From positions 113,472-177,471 of the forward strand of contig CAWBVU010000005.1 of the NCBI GenBank assembly GCA_963792405.1: DNA of 64,000 bases, in the 5' to 3' direction. The notes under the pieces were generated by a model that did not search any database, was not told where the DNA came from, and saw only the letters and a list, made by a program, of their open reading frames with translations. Position 1 is the first letter of the stretch. Each line of letters opens with the position of its first letter. The translations under genes were made by a program, and so were the position numbers. Shown piece by piece: positions 29,856 to 38,162 of the stretch. Origin of the DNA: an uncultured Acidimicrobiia bacterium (GTDB lineage Bacteria; Actinomycetota; Acidimicrobiia; Spongiisociales; UBA5794).

Positions 29856-31055
29856 TCAGACAGGTCGCTCCATCAGGAACTGGATGCCGTCGATACGGCC
29901 CGTCCGGAACCCCGCCTCGCAGTACTCGAGGTAGTAGCGCCAGAGCAGGCGGAATCGCTCGTCGAACGTGGGGTCGGCTGCCCGGATCGCCGGCCAGGCG
30001 GCCTCGAAGCGCTCCGCCCAGCGATGCAGCGTCTCTGCGTAGTCGGGGCCATGGTGGGTCTCGGAGACCCATGCCATACCCGCGTCCGTCGTCAGGTCCC
30101 TGAGGATCGCCACGGTGGGGAGCATGCCCCCGGGGAAGATGTATCGCTTGATGAAGTCCTCACGTACGAGCAGGTTGTCGTAGAACCGCGGGTCGATCGT
30201 GATGGCCTGCATCGCCGCCCTGCCTCCCGGGGGAATCGCACGGGAGATGGCGTGGAACAGCGACGGCCACACCGTCTCGTCGACCGACTCGATCATCTCG
30301 ATCGACACGACCTTGTCGTACATCGCGTGCTCGTCCCTGAAGTCCTGGAGCTTGATCTCGGTGCGATCGGCGAGGCCGGCCTCGGCGAGGCGCTTCCGCG
30401 CGAACGTGGCCATCTCCTCCGACAGGGTCAACCCGGTGACGTGGACGTCGTAATGGGACGCCGCGTAGTCCATGAACCCGCCCCATCCACACCCGATCTC
30501 GAGCACCCGCTCACCCGCCCGGAGATCGAGCATTTCGCACAATGCCCTGTACTTCGCCTCCTGTGCCGCTCCGAGGCCCTGGTCGGCCGTGGCGAACCGA
30601 GCGGAGGAGTAGCTCATCGTGTCGTCGAGCCACGCTCCGTAGAAGTCGTTGCCGAGGTCGTAGTGGTCACCGATCTCGTCGATCGGTGTCGCACGCACGA
30701 ACGAGGGCCGCCTGTCCCAGAACCACCTCGTGACAGCCACCGTCCGCGATCCGAGCGCGCTCGACTGGCGGGCGTCGATGTTGCGGGAGGCCAGCTCGAG
30801 AAACCCTGCGAGGTCCGGCGTGGTCCACGCACCATCGAGGTAGGCCTCGCCCAACCCGAGTGCACCGTCATCGACCAGCGCCTTCAGGAGTGCGGCTTCG
30901 TCGCGCACCTCGATACGGGCGGCGTCACCGGCGACCGCACCCTCGAATCGCTGCTCGGTGTCGTCGGACCAGCGCACCTCCACGCTCCCCGTCGTCATCG
31001 CCCCGATGATCCGCCGCAGCATCGCCCTCGCCGCGCTCGTTGTCCAACTCGCCAT
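29856..31055 (-). CDS. cyclopropane-fatty-acyl-phospholipid synthase family SAM-dependent methyltransferase
   Basis: 399 aa. HYDLGNDFY and VLEIGCGWGGF motifs plus the CMAS-family C-terminus. Confidence 0.88.
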   Translation of the reverse strand: MASWTTSAARAMLRRIIGAMTTGSVEVRWSDDTEQRFEGAVAGDAARIEVRDEAALLKALVDDGALGLGEAYLDGAWTTPDLAGFLELASRNIDARQSSALGSRTVAVTRWFWDRRPSFVRATPIDEIGDHYDLGNDFYGAWLDDTMSYSSARFATADQGLGAAQEAKYRALCEMLDLRAGERVLEIGCGWGGFMDYAASHYDVHVTGLTLSEEMATFARKRLAEAGLADRTEIKLQDFRDEHAMYDKVVSIEMIESVDETVWPSLFHAISRAIPPGGRAAMQAITIDPRFYDNLLVREDFIKRYIFPGGMLPTVAILRDLTTDAGMAWVSETHHGPDYAETLHRWAERFEAAWPAIRAADPTFDERFRLLWRYYLEYCEAGFRTGRIDGIQFLMERPV

Positions 31056-31152
31056 GGAACCCGACCTTCCGTGACGGACGGTGTGCCTTCGAGGGCGGGA
31101 TTGTAATGGAGCGGCACGAACCGCCGTACTGTGGGGACGAGGTGGTCACCAC

Positions 31153-31581
31153 ATGAGAGACGGAACCGTCAGGCGCCTCTCGGCCCTCCATGCGGCGCTC
31201 TTCCGCGCGACGAACGGCGTCGTCGGACGGAGGCTCGTCGCCAACGACATGCTGCTCCTGACGACCGTGGGCCGTCGAACGCAACGGCCGCACACCGTCC
31301 CGCTGCTGTACCTCACCGAAGGGGACCGGCTCGTCGTGATCGCATCGTACGGCGGGCGGGATCAACACCCGGAGTGGTACCGCAACCTCCTCCACGAACC
31401 GGCCGCAACGGTCCAGCTCGGGGCGCGCCGAACGGGCGTGCGCGCCGAGACCATGCATCACCTCGATCGTTCCGAGTGGTGGCCGCGCATCGTCGACGCC
31501 TACGGCGATTACGACGTGTACCAGTCCCGCACCGAACGCGAGATCCCGGTGGTGTGGCTCCACCCCGGGGACACGCGCTGA
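31153..31581 (+). CDS. deazaflavin (F420)-dependent nitroreductase family protein (DDN-like)
   Basis: 142 aa from ATG 31153. LLLTTVGRRTQRPHTVPLLY and ASYGGRDQHPEWYRNL are typical of the family. Confidence 0.85.
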   Translation: MRDGTVRRLSALHAALFRATNGVVGRRLVANDMLLLTTVGRRTQRPHTVPLLYLTEGDRLVVIASYGGRDQHPEWYRNLLHEPAATVQLGARRTGVRAETMHHLDRSEWWPRIVDAYGDYDVYQSRTEREIPVVWLHPGDTR

Positions 31582-31589
31582 GTGACACG

Positions 31590-31621
31590 GCGGAGGGGCG
31601 GCCCTTCGGCCGCCCCTCCGC
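31590..31621. terminator. 14-bp perfect GC hairpin (bidirectional terminator candidate)
   Basis: GCGGAGGGGCGGCC-CTTC-GGCCGCCCCTCCGC begins 9 nt after the DDN stop and lies 34 nt beyond the frame-corrected stop (31655) of the convergent membrane gene. Confidence 0.65.
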
Positions 31622-31654
31622 GTTCGTCCGGTCTTCCCCGGGACGTTGCCCTCG

Positions 31655-32177
31655 TCAGCTCACCGCATTCTCGTTCGGCCGGTTCAGCAGGCTGAGCACC
31701 CCGCCGATGGCCACGAGCACGCCGGCGAGGATGAGCAGGTACCAGCCCCATCCGATCGACACCGTGTAGGCCTCGGGGATCGCTCCCGCGAGAGAATGCC
31801 TGGGCGAACCCGGCCTCGAGTGTGTCGGCATCGTCCATCGCCCCCATCGTCGAGAAGATGCCGATGATCAGCATCAGCACGCCGAGCGCGGACGCGATGA
31901 GGCCGTACAGGCGCTTCATCGGTTCCTTGAGTGGCGGTGTGAACACGACGATCGCCGCGGCGACCGCCGCGATGGCGTAGACGATCGCCGCCCACGCCGT
32001 GTCGTTGTACAGCGCCGACCACGTGTTCTCATCGAGATTCGGCGGGATCGCCGGATTTGCCTGGTTGAGTGCCGCCATGGCCTGCTCACCGGCCGAGCTG
32101 GCCTTCTTGAGCAGGAACCCCACCACTGCCGCAACGACACCGAGGATCGCAAGTATGCGTCCGTAGTACATGGTCAT
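31655..32177 (-). pseudogene. small multi-TM membrane protein, apparent frameshift near 31780-31795
   Basis: ATG 32177 preceded by GAGGAAAGG. The N-terminal 130 aa contain 3 TM helices, after which the frame becomes Arg-rich nonsense that overlaps the DDN gene. The alternate frame reads GAIPEAYTVSIGWGWYLLILAGVLVAIGGVLSLLNRPNENAVS and stops at 31655. Confidence 0.5.
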
Positions 32178-32271
32178 CCTTTCCTCGCAGGGGCGAGCGT
32201 AGGGATTCGACCCTTGGGGAGACAACTGGGTTTCGCGGACGGCGCCCTGCACCGCCACGCCGCTCGGCGAT

Positions 32272-33189
32272 TCAGGCGAGCGCGGAGAGCGCGTTCTCGA
32301 CCGACCAGGCCACGGCGCCGACGGCCTGGAGGTAGACGCGCTCGAAACCCATCTGCTCGAGGTCGTCGAGGTGCGCGGCGACCTGATCCCACGTGCGGAT
32401 CGTCACTGAGTCGCCGAGCAGGGCGCGCAGCCGTTCGGGCGTCCACCCCCTCGCCCTGGCGTAGTCGGCCAGGAACTCGTCGACCTCCGCAGCGTCGGCG
32501 CCTGCGATCGTCTGCACGCAGGTCGTGATCTTGATGGCGTCGGGGTCCCGCCCTGCGGCCACGGCGGCACGCCGCATGACCTCGAGCCTCGCCTCGACCC
32601 CTTCACGCGTGTGGTGGTAGAGGTTGTACTCGTTTGCGTACCTGCCGACGAGCGTCGGGGTCTTCTCCTCGCCGCCTCCTCCGACCATCAGCCGGAGGTC
32701 CCCCCTGGTGGGCGGGTGGATGTCGAGCCCCGCGAGGGACCAGTGGACCCCCCTGTACCCGGCAGCCGGATCGTCGATGTAGGCCCGGAGGTAGCCGAGT
32801 GCGTCCTCCAACCACTCGAACCGAGTCGAGAGCGAAGGGAACTCGAACCCGAACACCTCGTGCTCGCCCCGGTGCCATCCCGTTCCCACACCGAAGACGA
32901 AACGACCTCCGGAGATCTCGTCGATGGTGGTGAGGCCCTTGGCGTACACCGCGGGATGGCGGAACGTGATCGGGCTGACCAGCATGACGATCTCGATGTC
33001 GGACGTGTCCCTCGCCAGGGCGGCCGTCTGGACGAACGAGTCGTACGCGGGGGCGGCCCAGTCCTCCTTCGTCCTCCCGTACAGGTAGTGGTCGGCGAGG
33101 GCGACCGCAGCGATGCCTGCTCGCTCGCAGATGCCGGCGACCTGCGCGACGTGGTCGTACGACCCCACGACCTGTATCCCGAGTTCCAC
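32272..33189 (-). CDS. LLM-class (luciferase-like) flavin/F420-dependent oxidoreductase
   Basis: 305 aa. TIM-barrel LLM pattern (ALADHYLYG, GGRFVFGVGTGW). Adjacent to the DDN gene. Confidence 0.85.
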   Translation of the reverse strand: MELGIQVVGSYDHVAQVAGICERAGIAAVALADHYLYGRTKEDWAAPAYDSFVQTAALARDTSDIEIVMLVSPITFRHPAVYAKGLTTIDEISGGRFVFGVGTGWHRGEHEVFGFEFPSLSTRFEWLEDALGYLRAYIDDPAAGYRGVHWSLAGLDIHPPTRGDLRLMVGGGGEEKTPTLVGRYANEYNLYHHTREGVEARLEVMRRAAVAAGRDPDAIKITTCVQTIAGADAAEVDEFLADYARARGWTPERLRALLGDSVTIRTWDQVAAHLDDLEQMGFERVYLQAVGAVAWSVENALSALA

Positions 33190-33198
33190 CTGGCGATC

Positions 33199-33675
33199 CT
33201 AGGCGGGCAGCATGCCGTCGATGACCGAGGCGGCCTCGTCGAACCGCCCGATCCACACGTTGCCATGCGCAGGGGTCGACGGCGGGTCGAGATGGTGCAC
33301 CGCGTGATGACCGAGCTCGTGGGCAAGGGTCATCAGCGTCACGGTCCGGCCGAGCCTCAGGGCGCCGTGCTCGTACCGACCGACGCGGCCGCTCCCCGGA
33401 GCCGCCCCGCGCCCCCTTGCGGGAGCGTCCGCGCTGCGGGCGGGTGGTTCACATGCCGCGGTGAAGGGGGAGCGCCTGGCGTGGAATCGCAGCACCGGGG
33501 CGGGTATCCCCCACGTGGCGCACACGGCCGACACGACGAGCCGTGCGTCGTCCTCCTCGACGGTCAGCAGGTCGAGACGGCGCAGGAGCGTGAAATCCGC
33601 CGAGACCCGCTGCACGCGTCCGTCATGCCGTCTCCTCGGTGACGACACGACCCGTGCCGTGCGGATGGCATCCAT
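33199..33675 (-). CDS. hypothetical HExxH zinc-metallopeptidase-like protein
   Basis: C-terminal LAHELGHHAVHH motif. Start uncertain (ATG 33675, 33732 or 33837). Divergent from soxR. Confidence 0.4.
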   Translation of the reverse strand: MDAIRTARVVSSPRRRHDGRVQRVSADFTLLRRLDLLTVEEDDARLVVSAVCATWGIPAPVLRFHARRSPFTAACEPPARSADAPARGRGAAPGSGRVGRYEHGALRLGRTVTLMTLAHELGHHAVHHLDPPSTPAHGNVWIGRFDEAASVIDGMLPA

Positions 33676-33835
33676 GCCGTGAACGGTACGACGTCCCTGT
33701 GACACAGCGGTGCAATCCGCCGGCTCCGTCATGTCCGGGCAGTGCGACGTCGAGGACGGGGCCATGCCCACGAGACGGGCGCCGTTACCATGCGCGAGCT
33801 CGGGGACGGCATCCCCGGCGCCCTGAAGGTGACCC

Positions 33836-34291
33836 ATGGACCGCCAGCTGACGATCGGGGACGTCGCCGCCCGGACCGGGGTGGCCCCCTCGGCATTGCG
33901 CTACTACGAGGACCGGGGCCTCATCTCGTCCGAGCGGACACCGGGTAACCAGCGCCGCTACCGACGGTCGGTCCTCCGCACGGTGTCGATCATCCGGGCT
34001 GCGCAGGAGGCGGGGTTGTCCCTCGACGAGGTCGGCACTGCGCTCGCGCCGGCGCACGAAGCGGTCACACCGTCCATGAGCGAGTGGTCACGCGTCGCCG
34101 AGAGACTGCGCCCACACGTCGACCGCCAGATCGCGATCCTCGCGGCGCTGAGGGACGAACTGGACGGGTGCATCGGGTGCGGGTGCCTCTCGCTACCGTC
34201 GTGCGCCGTGGCGAACCCCGACGATCGCGCCGCCGCCGATGGGACAGGTGCGCGATATCTCGGAACCGACATGGGGCATGATCGACGATGA
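33836..34291 (+). CDS. soxR: redox-sensitive MerR-family transcriptional activator SoxR
   Basis: 151 aa. MerR HTH (LTIGDVAARTGVAPSALRYYEDRGLI) and the SoxR 2Fe-2S cluster motif CIGCGCLSLPSCAVANPDD. Confidence 0.9.
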   Translation: MDRQLTIGDVAARTGVAPSALRYYEDRGLISSERTPGNQRRYRRSVLRTVSIIRAAQEAGLSLDEVGTALAPAHEAVTPSMSEWSRVAERLRPHVDRQIAILAALRDELDGCIGCGCLSLPSCAVANPDDRAAADGTGARYLGTDMGHDRR

Positions 34292-34301
34292 GCAACCCGC
34301 G

Positions 34302-35222
34302 ATGATGGACCCCCGGCAGCGGACCGACGCCGGCCGGCATCACCGGACGGGTGTGTGGTACGGCATCGCCGCCTATGTCGTGTGGGGCCTCTCGCCCCTG
34401 TTCTGGAACCTCGTCGATGGCATCGCAACGGGGGCACTCCTCGTGCAGCGCATCGTCTGGGCCCTCGCGATCCTGGCGCTCGTCATCAGCCTCCGGGGCC
34501 TGTGGCCCACCGTTCGGTCGGCCTACGCGGCCCGTACGGCGCGAACGGTCACCGTCGTCGCCGCGATCCTCCTCGCGACGAACTGGGGTGTCTTCCTGTG
34601 GGCCGTCACGAACGACCACGTGGTGGAGGCATCACTCGGGTACTTCATCACCCCGCTCGTATCGGTGGCACTGGGCGTCGTCGTGCTGCGCGAGCGGCTC
34701 CGCCCCACCCAATGGGCTGCGGTGGCGATCGCCTCCGTGGGGGTCTTGGGCATGGCGCTGCGAGTCGGCACCGTCCCCTGGGTGTCCCTGACCCTCGGGT
34801 TCTCGTTCGGGTTCTACGGACTGCTGAAGAAGAATGCCTTTGCCGCACCGCCCCTCGCAGGCCTGTTCGGCGAGACCATGGTCCTGGTGGGTCCAGCGCT
34901 CGTGCTGGCCGCAGCCTCCGGCACCGCACCTCCCGGTATCGCACTCACGCCCGCGGTCTGGGGGTTCCTCACGCTCACCGGCGTCATCACCGTCGTGCCA
35001 CTGCTGTTGTTCGGGGCGTCGGCGCAGCGGATCCCCCTGTCGACCTTGGGGATGCTCCAGTACATCGCACCGTCGTTGCAGCTCCTCGTCGGGATCACCG
35101 CCCTGGGTGAGCACATGACGAGCGACACCCTCTTCGGGTTCGTCCTGGTGTGGATCGCCCTCGCCCTCTCCACCGTCGACAGCGTGCGTCAGGGGCGCGG
35201 GCCGGCTCCGGCTGCCGCCTGA
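34302..35222 (+). CDS. rarD: EamA/DMT family transporter RarD
   Basis: 10-TM DMT protein. GVWYGIAAYVVWGLSPLFW and GYFITPL motifs are typical of RarD. Alternative ATG 34278 overlaps the soxR end. Confidence 0.82.
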   Translation: MMDPRQRTDAGRHHRTGVWYGIAAYVVWGLSPLFWNLVDGIATGALLVQRIVWALAILALVISLRGLWPTVRSAYAARTARTVTVVAAILLATNWGVFLWAVTNDHVVEASLGYFITPLVSVALGVVVLRERLRPTQWAAVAIASVGVLGMALRVGTVPWVSLTLGFSFGFYGLLKKNAFAAPPLAGLFGETMVLVGPALVLAAASGTAPPGIALTPAVWGFLTLTGVITVVPLLLFGASAQRIPLSTLGMLQYIAPSLQLLVGITALGEHMTSDTLFGFVLVWIALALSTVDSVRQGRGPAPAAA

Positions 35223-35591
35223 TCAGCTCTCGGCGACCGCTTCGTCGATCGCAGCCGCGGCGTCTTCGATCAGGGCATCCGCCCGCTCGATGGCGTCCTC
35301 CGCCTCGACCTCCGAGGCGAGCTCCTCGAGCTCCTCGACCGCCTCCGTGACGTCCTCCACGTAGTGATCCGTCGAGGACCCGCCCCGTGCCCGCACCCCC
35401 GCGATCACCGCGTCCTGGATGCCCGCGAGCTGATCATCATCGACCTTGCCCTCGAGCTTCCCCGCGAGGAACGATCGGATCTCGTCATCGCTCATCGCCA
35501 TGAACTTGCGGCGTGACACGAGTGACGCCACCACACCGGCGACAGCAGCCACCACGATCAGGAGCACCAACAGTTTCAGGAATCGCTTCAT
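35223..35591 (-). CDS. hypothetical N-terminally anchored acidic coiled-coil protein
   Basis: ATG 35591 (MKRFLKLLVLLIVVAAVAGVVASLV) preceded by GGAGG. Its stop abuts the rarD stop. Confidence 0.5.
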   Translation of the reverse strand: MKRFLKLLVLLIVVAAVAGVVASLVSRRKFMAMSDDEIRSFLAGKLEGKVDDDQLAGIQDAVIAGVRARGGSSTDHYVEDVTEAVEELEELASEVEAEDAIERADALIEDAAAAIDEAVAES

Positions 35592-35637
35592 CACCCCTCC
35601 TCGGTGACCCACCCTAGGTCGCGGACGAACGGGACCC

Positions 35638-36507
35638 TCAGGACGCGCCTCCCGACATGAGCCACTGCACGAACGTGTATGCGGGCTCTGCGGCCTCGTC
35701 CCCCACCGTCGCCCGGTATTTCATCAGGGCGGCGTCGAGCTCCGATCGCGACCATGGGCCGAGCAACACGCCGATCTCGGTCAGCGCGGCCGCGGCCTGC
35801 TCGATCGTGAACCGACCCTGGGTCACCTCCCGCCCCACGACGACGCCGGCGAGCTTGCGGCCATCGACGGAGAGATCCATGAGCCGTGCGATGTCATCGA
35901 GATCGCGCACGCCGCCCGCGGCGATGACCGGTTCGTCGACGATCGAGAGCGCCAGTTGCAACGCATCGAAGTTCGGCGGCTCGGCGAGCGCATCCCTCCC
36001 GACCTCGGAGATCATGAACGCCGCCGCGCCGCCGCTCGAGAGCTCGATCATCGTCTCCTCGAGGTACTGGCCCGTGCGCTCGGTCCATCCCTTGATCACG
36101 ATCTCGAGGTCGGGCCTGACATCGAGGGCGACGACGATACGGTGCGGGTGCGTGCGATTCAACTCCCAGAAGGCCACCTGGTCGACGATGGCGAGCGTTC
36201 CGATGACGGCACGCCATGCCCCCATGTTGAGGACGCGCTCGACGTCGAGCTGTGAGCGGATGCCGCCGCCGACCTGCACCGGCACGTCGACGGCCTTGAT
36301 GATCGAGGCGATGAGCTTGCGGTTCTTGTAGTCGCCGTAGGCCGCAGCATCGAGGTCGACGATGTGGAGCCGATCGGCCCCCTTCGCGACCCACCCTTTC
36401 GCCCTGTTGACGGGATCGTCGTCGAGCGCGATCACCTCGCTGATGTCACCGCGGGGGAGGCGGACGGCCCTGCCATCGAGAATGTTGACGCGCGCATAGA
36501 GATCCAT
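35638..36507 (-). CDS. HisA/PriA-like (beta/alpha)8 protein with Asn at the first catalytic Asp position and a 45-aa C-terminal extension
   Basis: 289 aa. HIVDLDAA, VQVGGGIRS, VALDVR, KGW, AAGGVR and GVVVGRE match HisA/PriA, but the N-terminus reads ARVNILDGRAVRL where HisA/PriA have PA(I/V)D(L/V). Not located in a his operon. Confidence 0.8.
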   Translation of the reverse strand: MDLYARVNILDGRAVRLPRGDISEVIALDDDPVNRAKGWVAKGADRLHIVDLDAAAYGDYKNRKLIASIIKAVDVPVQVGGGIRSQLDVERVLNMGAWRAVIGTLAIVDQVAFWELNRTHPHRIVVALDVRPDLEIVIKGWTERTGQYLEETMIELSSGGAAAFMISEVGRDALAEPPNFDALQLALSIVDEPVIAAGGVRDLDDIARLMDLSVDGRKLAGVVVGREVTQGRFTIEQAAAALTEIGVLLGPWSRSELDAALMKYRATVGDEAAEPAYTFVQWLMSGGAS

Positions 36508-36592
36508 GCACCAAACCTACATGGTGAACGTCCACTGTGGAGGGGGACGATGCCCGATCTCCGTGCAGGGGCGGACCGATGGGACGAGGCGA

Positions 36593-36627
36593 GGCGGTCC
36601 CTTCGAACGACCATCGAAGGGACCGCC
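36593..36627 (-). other. 14-bp perfect stem-loop inside a 393-nt non-coding gap
   Basis: GGCGGTCCCTTCGA-ACGACCA-TCGAAGGGACCGCC. One of several nested helices between the IF-1-like and HisA-like genes. Confidence 0.5.
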
Positions 36628-36900
36628 TGTGAGGCAAACCTGAGGGCGGGGCGGAGATTCGGACTCCACCCCACCCGGTATCGCAGCTCCTGGGCACCGA
36701 ACCCCTCGAAGGCGCCCATCCGCTCGGCTGCGATGCAGGTGCAGGCGAGCGGTGGAGACGTGCTGGCGGCACACCCGCTCCCTGACGACGAGAAAGGTAG
36801 GCCGGTCAGGTGAACGCAGTGTGACCCGAGGGCGAAGGGATCGTGATACCTGCGATCCGTGCGGTGTCCGCATCGAGGGGGCCGCGACGGATCCGAAGAC

Positions 36901-37137
36901 CTACCGGTAGCGCCAGACGATGCGACCCATGGAGGGGTCGTACGCCGACACGTCCACCTCGACGGAGTCACCGGGGATGATCCGAATCATGCGACCTTTG
37001 CGCATCTTGCCGGACGCACGGGCCGTCACCTCGTGGCCGGTGTCGAGCTTGACCCTGAACGTGGCGTTCGGAAGCGTCTCGACCACGACACCCTTGGCCC
37101 TGAAGTAGTCGTCCTTGCCTGCGATGAGTAGCTCCAA
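36901..37137 (-). CDS. infA: translation initiation factor IF-1-like S1-fold protein (divergent)
   Basis: GVVVETLPNATFRVKLDTGHEVTARASGKMRKGRMIRIIPGDSVEVDVSAYDPSMGRIVWRYR aligns end to end with IF-1. There is no in-frame ATG near the N-terminus. Start candidates are TTG 37137, GTG 37152 and ATC 37125 (the last has GGAG 6 nt upstream). Confidence 0.8.
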   Translation of the reverse strand: MELLIAGKDDYFRAKGVVVETLPNATFRVKLDTGHEVTARASGKMRKGRMIRIIPGDSVEVDVSAYDPSMGRIVWRYR

Positions 37138-37220
37138 TCGATGCGGCCACACCCGGCGGCCGTTCGGACACGGGCATCGTAGCGGCGCCGGGCTCGTCTC
37201 GGCACTCGACGTTCGCGTGG

Positions 37221-37961
37221 TCAGGCGCCCGCGGGCACCATCCCGACGATCCGGCCCGTCCGGTCGACGACCGGGATGGGCGATCCCGCGAAGAAGGGGC
37301 GCACATCCGCGACGACGGTCGCCGGCTCCCCCGCACCGACGGAGACGGGGGGCTCCATCAGGTCGGACACGGGTCTCGAGTCGTTCGAGGCCTCCAGGGC
37401 ATCCCCACGGACGACGCCCACGAGGATCCCGTGGTCTGCGACGGCGATCACCGGGTGGCGCACGAGTCGCCGCACATCGCCCACCGACATGTGTGGCCCG
37501 ACGACCGACTCCGATTGGTCGGTACCGAGATGGAAGCACCGCGGTGGCGCCGAGCGCACGATGACGACACCTCCGGGAGCCCCCACCGCGAGACGGTGGC
37601 CGGCTCCGTAGATCTGGCGCTGGAACCAGGATCCGCCGGGAGCCCCGACCACGAGCAGCGTGTCCGCATCGAGGTCCTCGATCAGCTCGACGGCCGAGGA
37701 TCCCTCGATCACGCGACGTTCCACGGAGGACGCCGTGCTCGTGAGCTCCGCGAGCCGTTCCTCCGTGCGTGGGCGGTCCTCGTCAGACCGATACACCGAC
37801 ACCGCCGCGCCGGGGACTCCGAGGGCGGAGGAGAGGCGCGCGGCGACGAGAACGGCGAGTGGGGAATGAGGGCCTTCGCCGATCGCAGCCGTCACGGAGC
37901 GAACGGCATCGATGCGAACGGCCTGGGGCACGATGATCGGGATGAGGTCGAAACTCGTCAA
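37221..37961 (-). CDS. universal stress protein-like domain fused to a CBS pair
   Basis: 246 aa from a TTG start. USP-like LLVVGAPGGSWFQRQIYGAGHRLAVGAPGGVVIV, then two CBS-like modules (VIAVADHGILVGVVR and PVVDRTGRIVGMV). Confidence 0.7.
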   Translation of the reverse strand: MTSFDLIPIIVPQAVRIDAVRSVTAAIGEGPHSPLAVLVAARLSSALGVPGAAVSVYRSDEDRPRTEERLAELTSTASSVERRVIEGSSAVELIEDLDADTLLVVGAPGGSWFQRQIYGAGHRLAVGAPGGVVIVRSAPPRCFHLGTDQSESVVGPHMSVGDVRRLVRHPVIAVADHGILVGVVRGDALEASNDSRPVSDLMEPPVSVGAGEPATVVADVRPFFAGSPIPVVDRTGRIVGMVPAGA

Positions 37962-38162
37962 CTTCCTCGAGACGACGGCGCCGATACGCTCCCTGATGCT
38001 CGTCGCCCTGAGGTCCCCGTCGATCCTCGTCGCCGCCTCGCCCGACAGGGCGCCTGCGAGGTCGGCGCACGCCTCACCACGTGTCCAGCCGACACGTCGC
38101 AGGGGATCGTGATCGATGGTGGAGTCGTCCTGGTTCAGGCTGGCCGTCCTCGTCTCTTCGCG

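Noticed and set aside
33676-33835. SoxR operator (CCTCAAG-N4-CTTGAGG-type palindrome in a long-spacer promoter) in the soxR divergent region
   Set aside because: No such palindrome is visible here. Isolated CCTCAAG or CTTGAGG heptamers elsewhere (for example 51896 and 13453) are unpaired or lie inside coding sequence. SoxR targets therefore cannot be assigned from this window.
36508-36900. RNase P RNA, tmRNA, SRP RNA, tRNA, or TPP/ZTP/cobalamin riboswitch in the 393-nt gap
   Set aside because: I compared both strands with remembered consensus blocks. These were GAGGAAAGUCCGG and ACAGAACCCGGCUUA for RNase P, the GGGGC 5' end and GGUUCGAnUCC-ACCA 3' end for tmRNA, GUCAGGUCCGGAAGGAAGCAGC for SRP, CUGAGA for TPP, and GGGUCGUGACUGGCG...CCGCCUGGGCA for ZTP. 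Only short partial resemblances appeared (GGTAGGCCG, GGCAAACC, CTCCTGGGCA on the wrong strand, and a TCCGAAT loop with no matching acceptor stem). The region is left unassigned.
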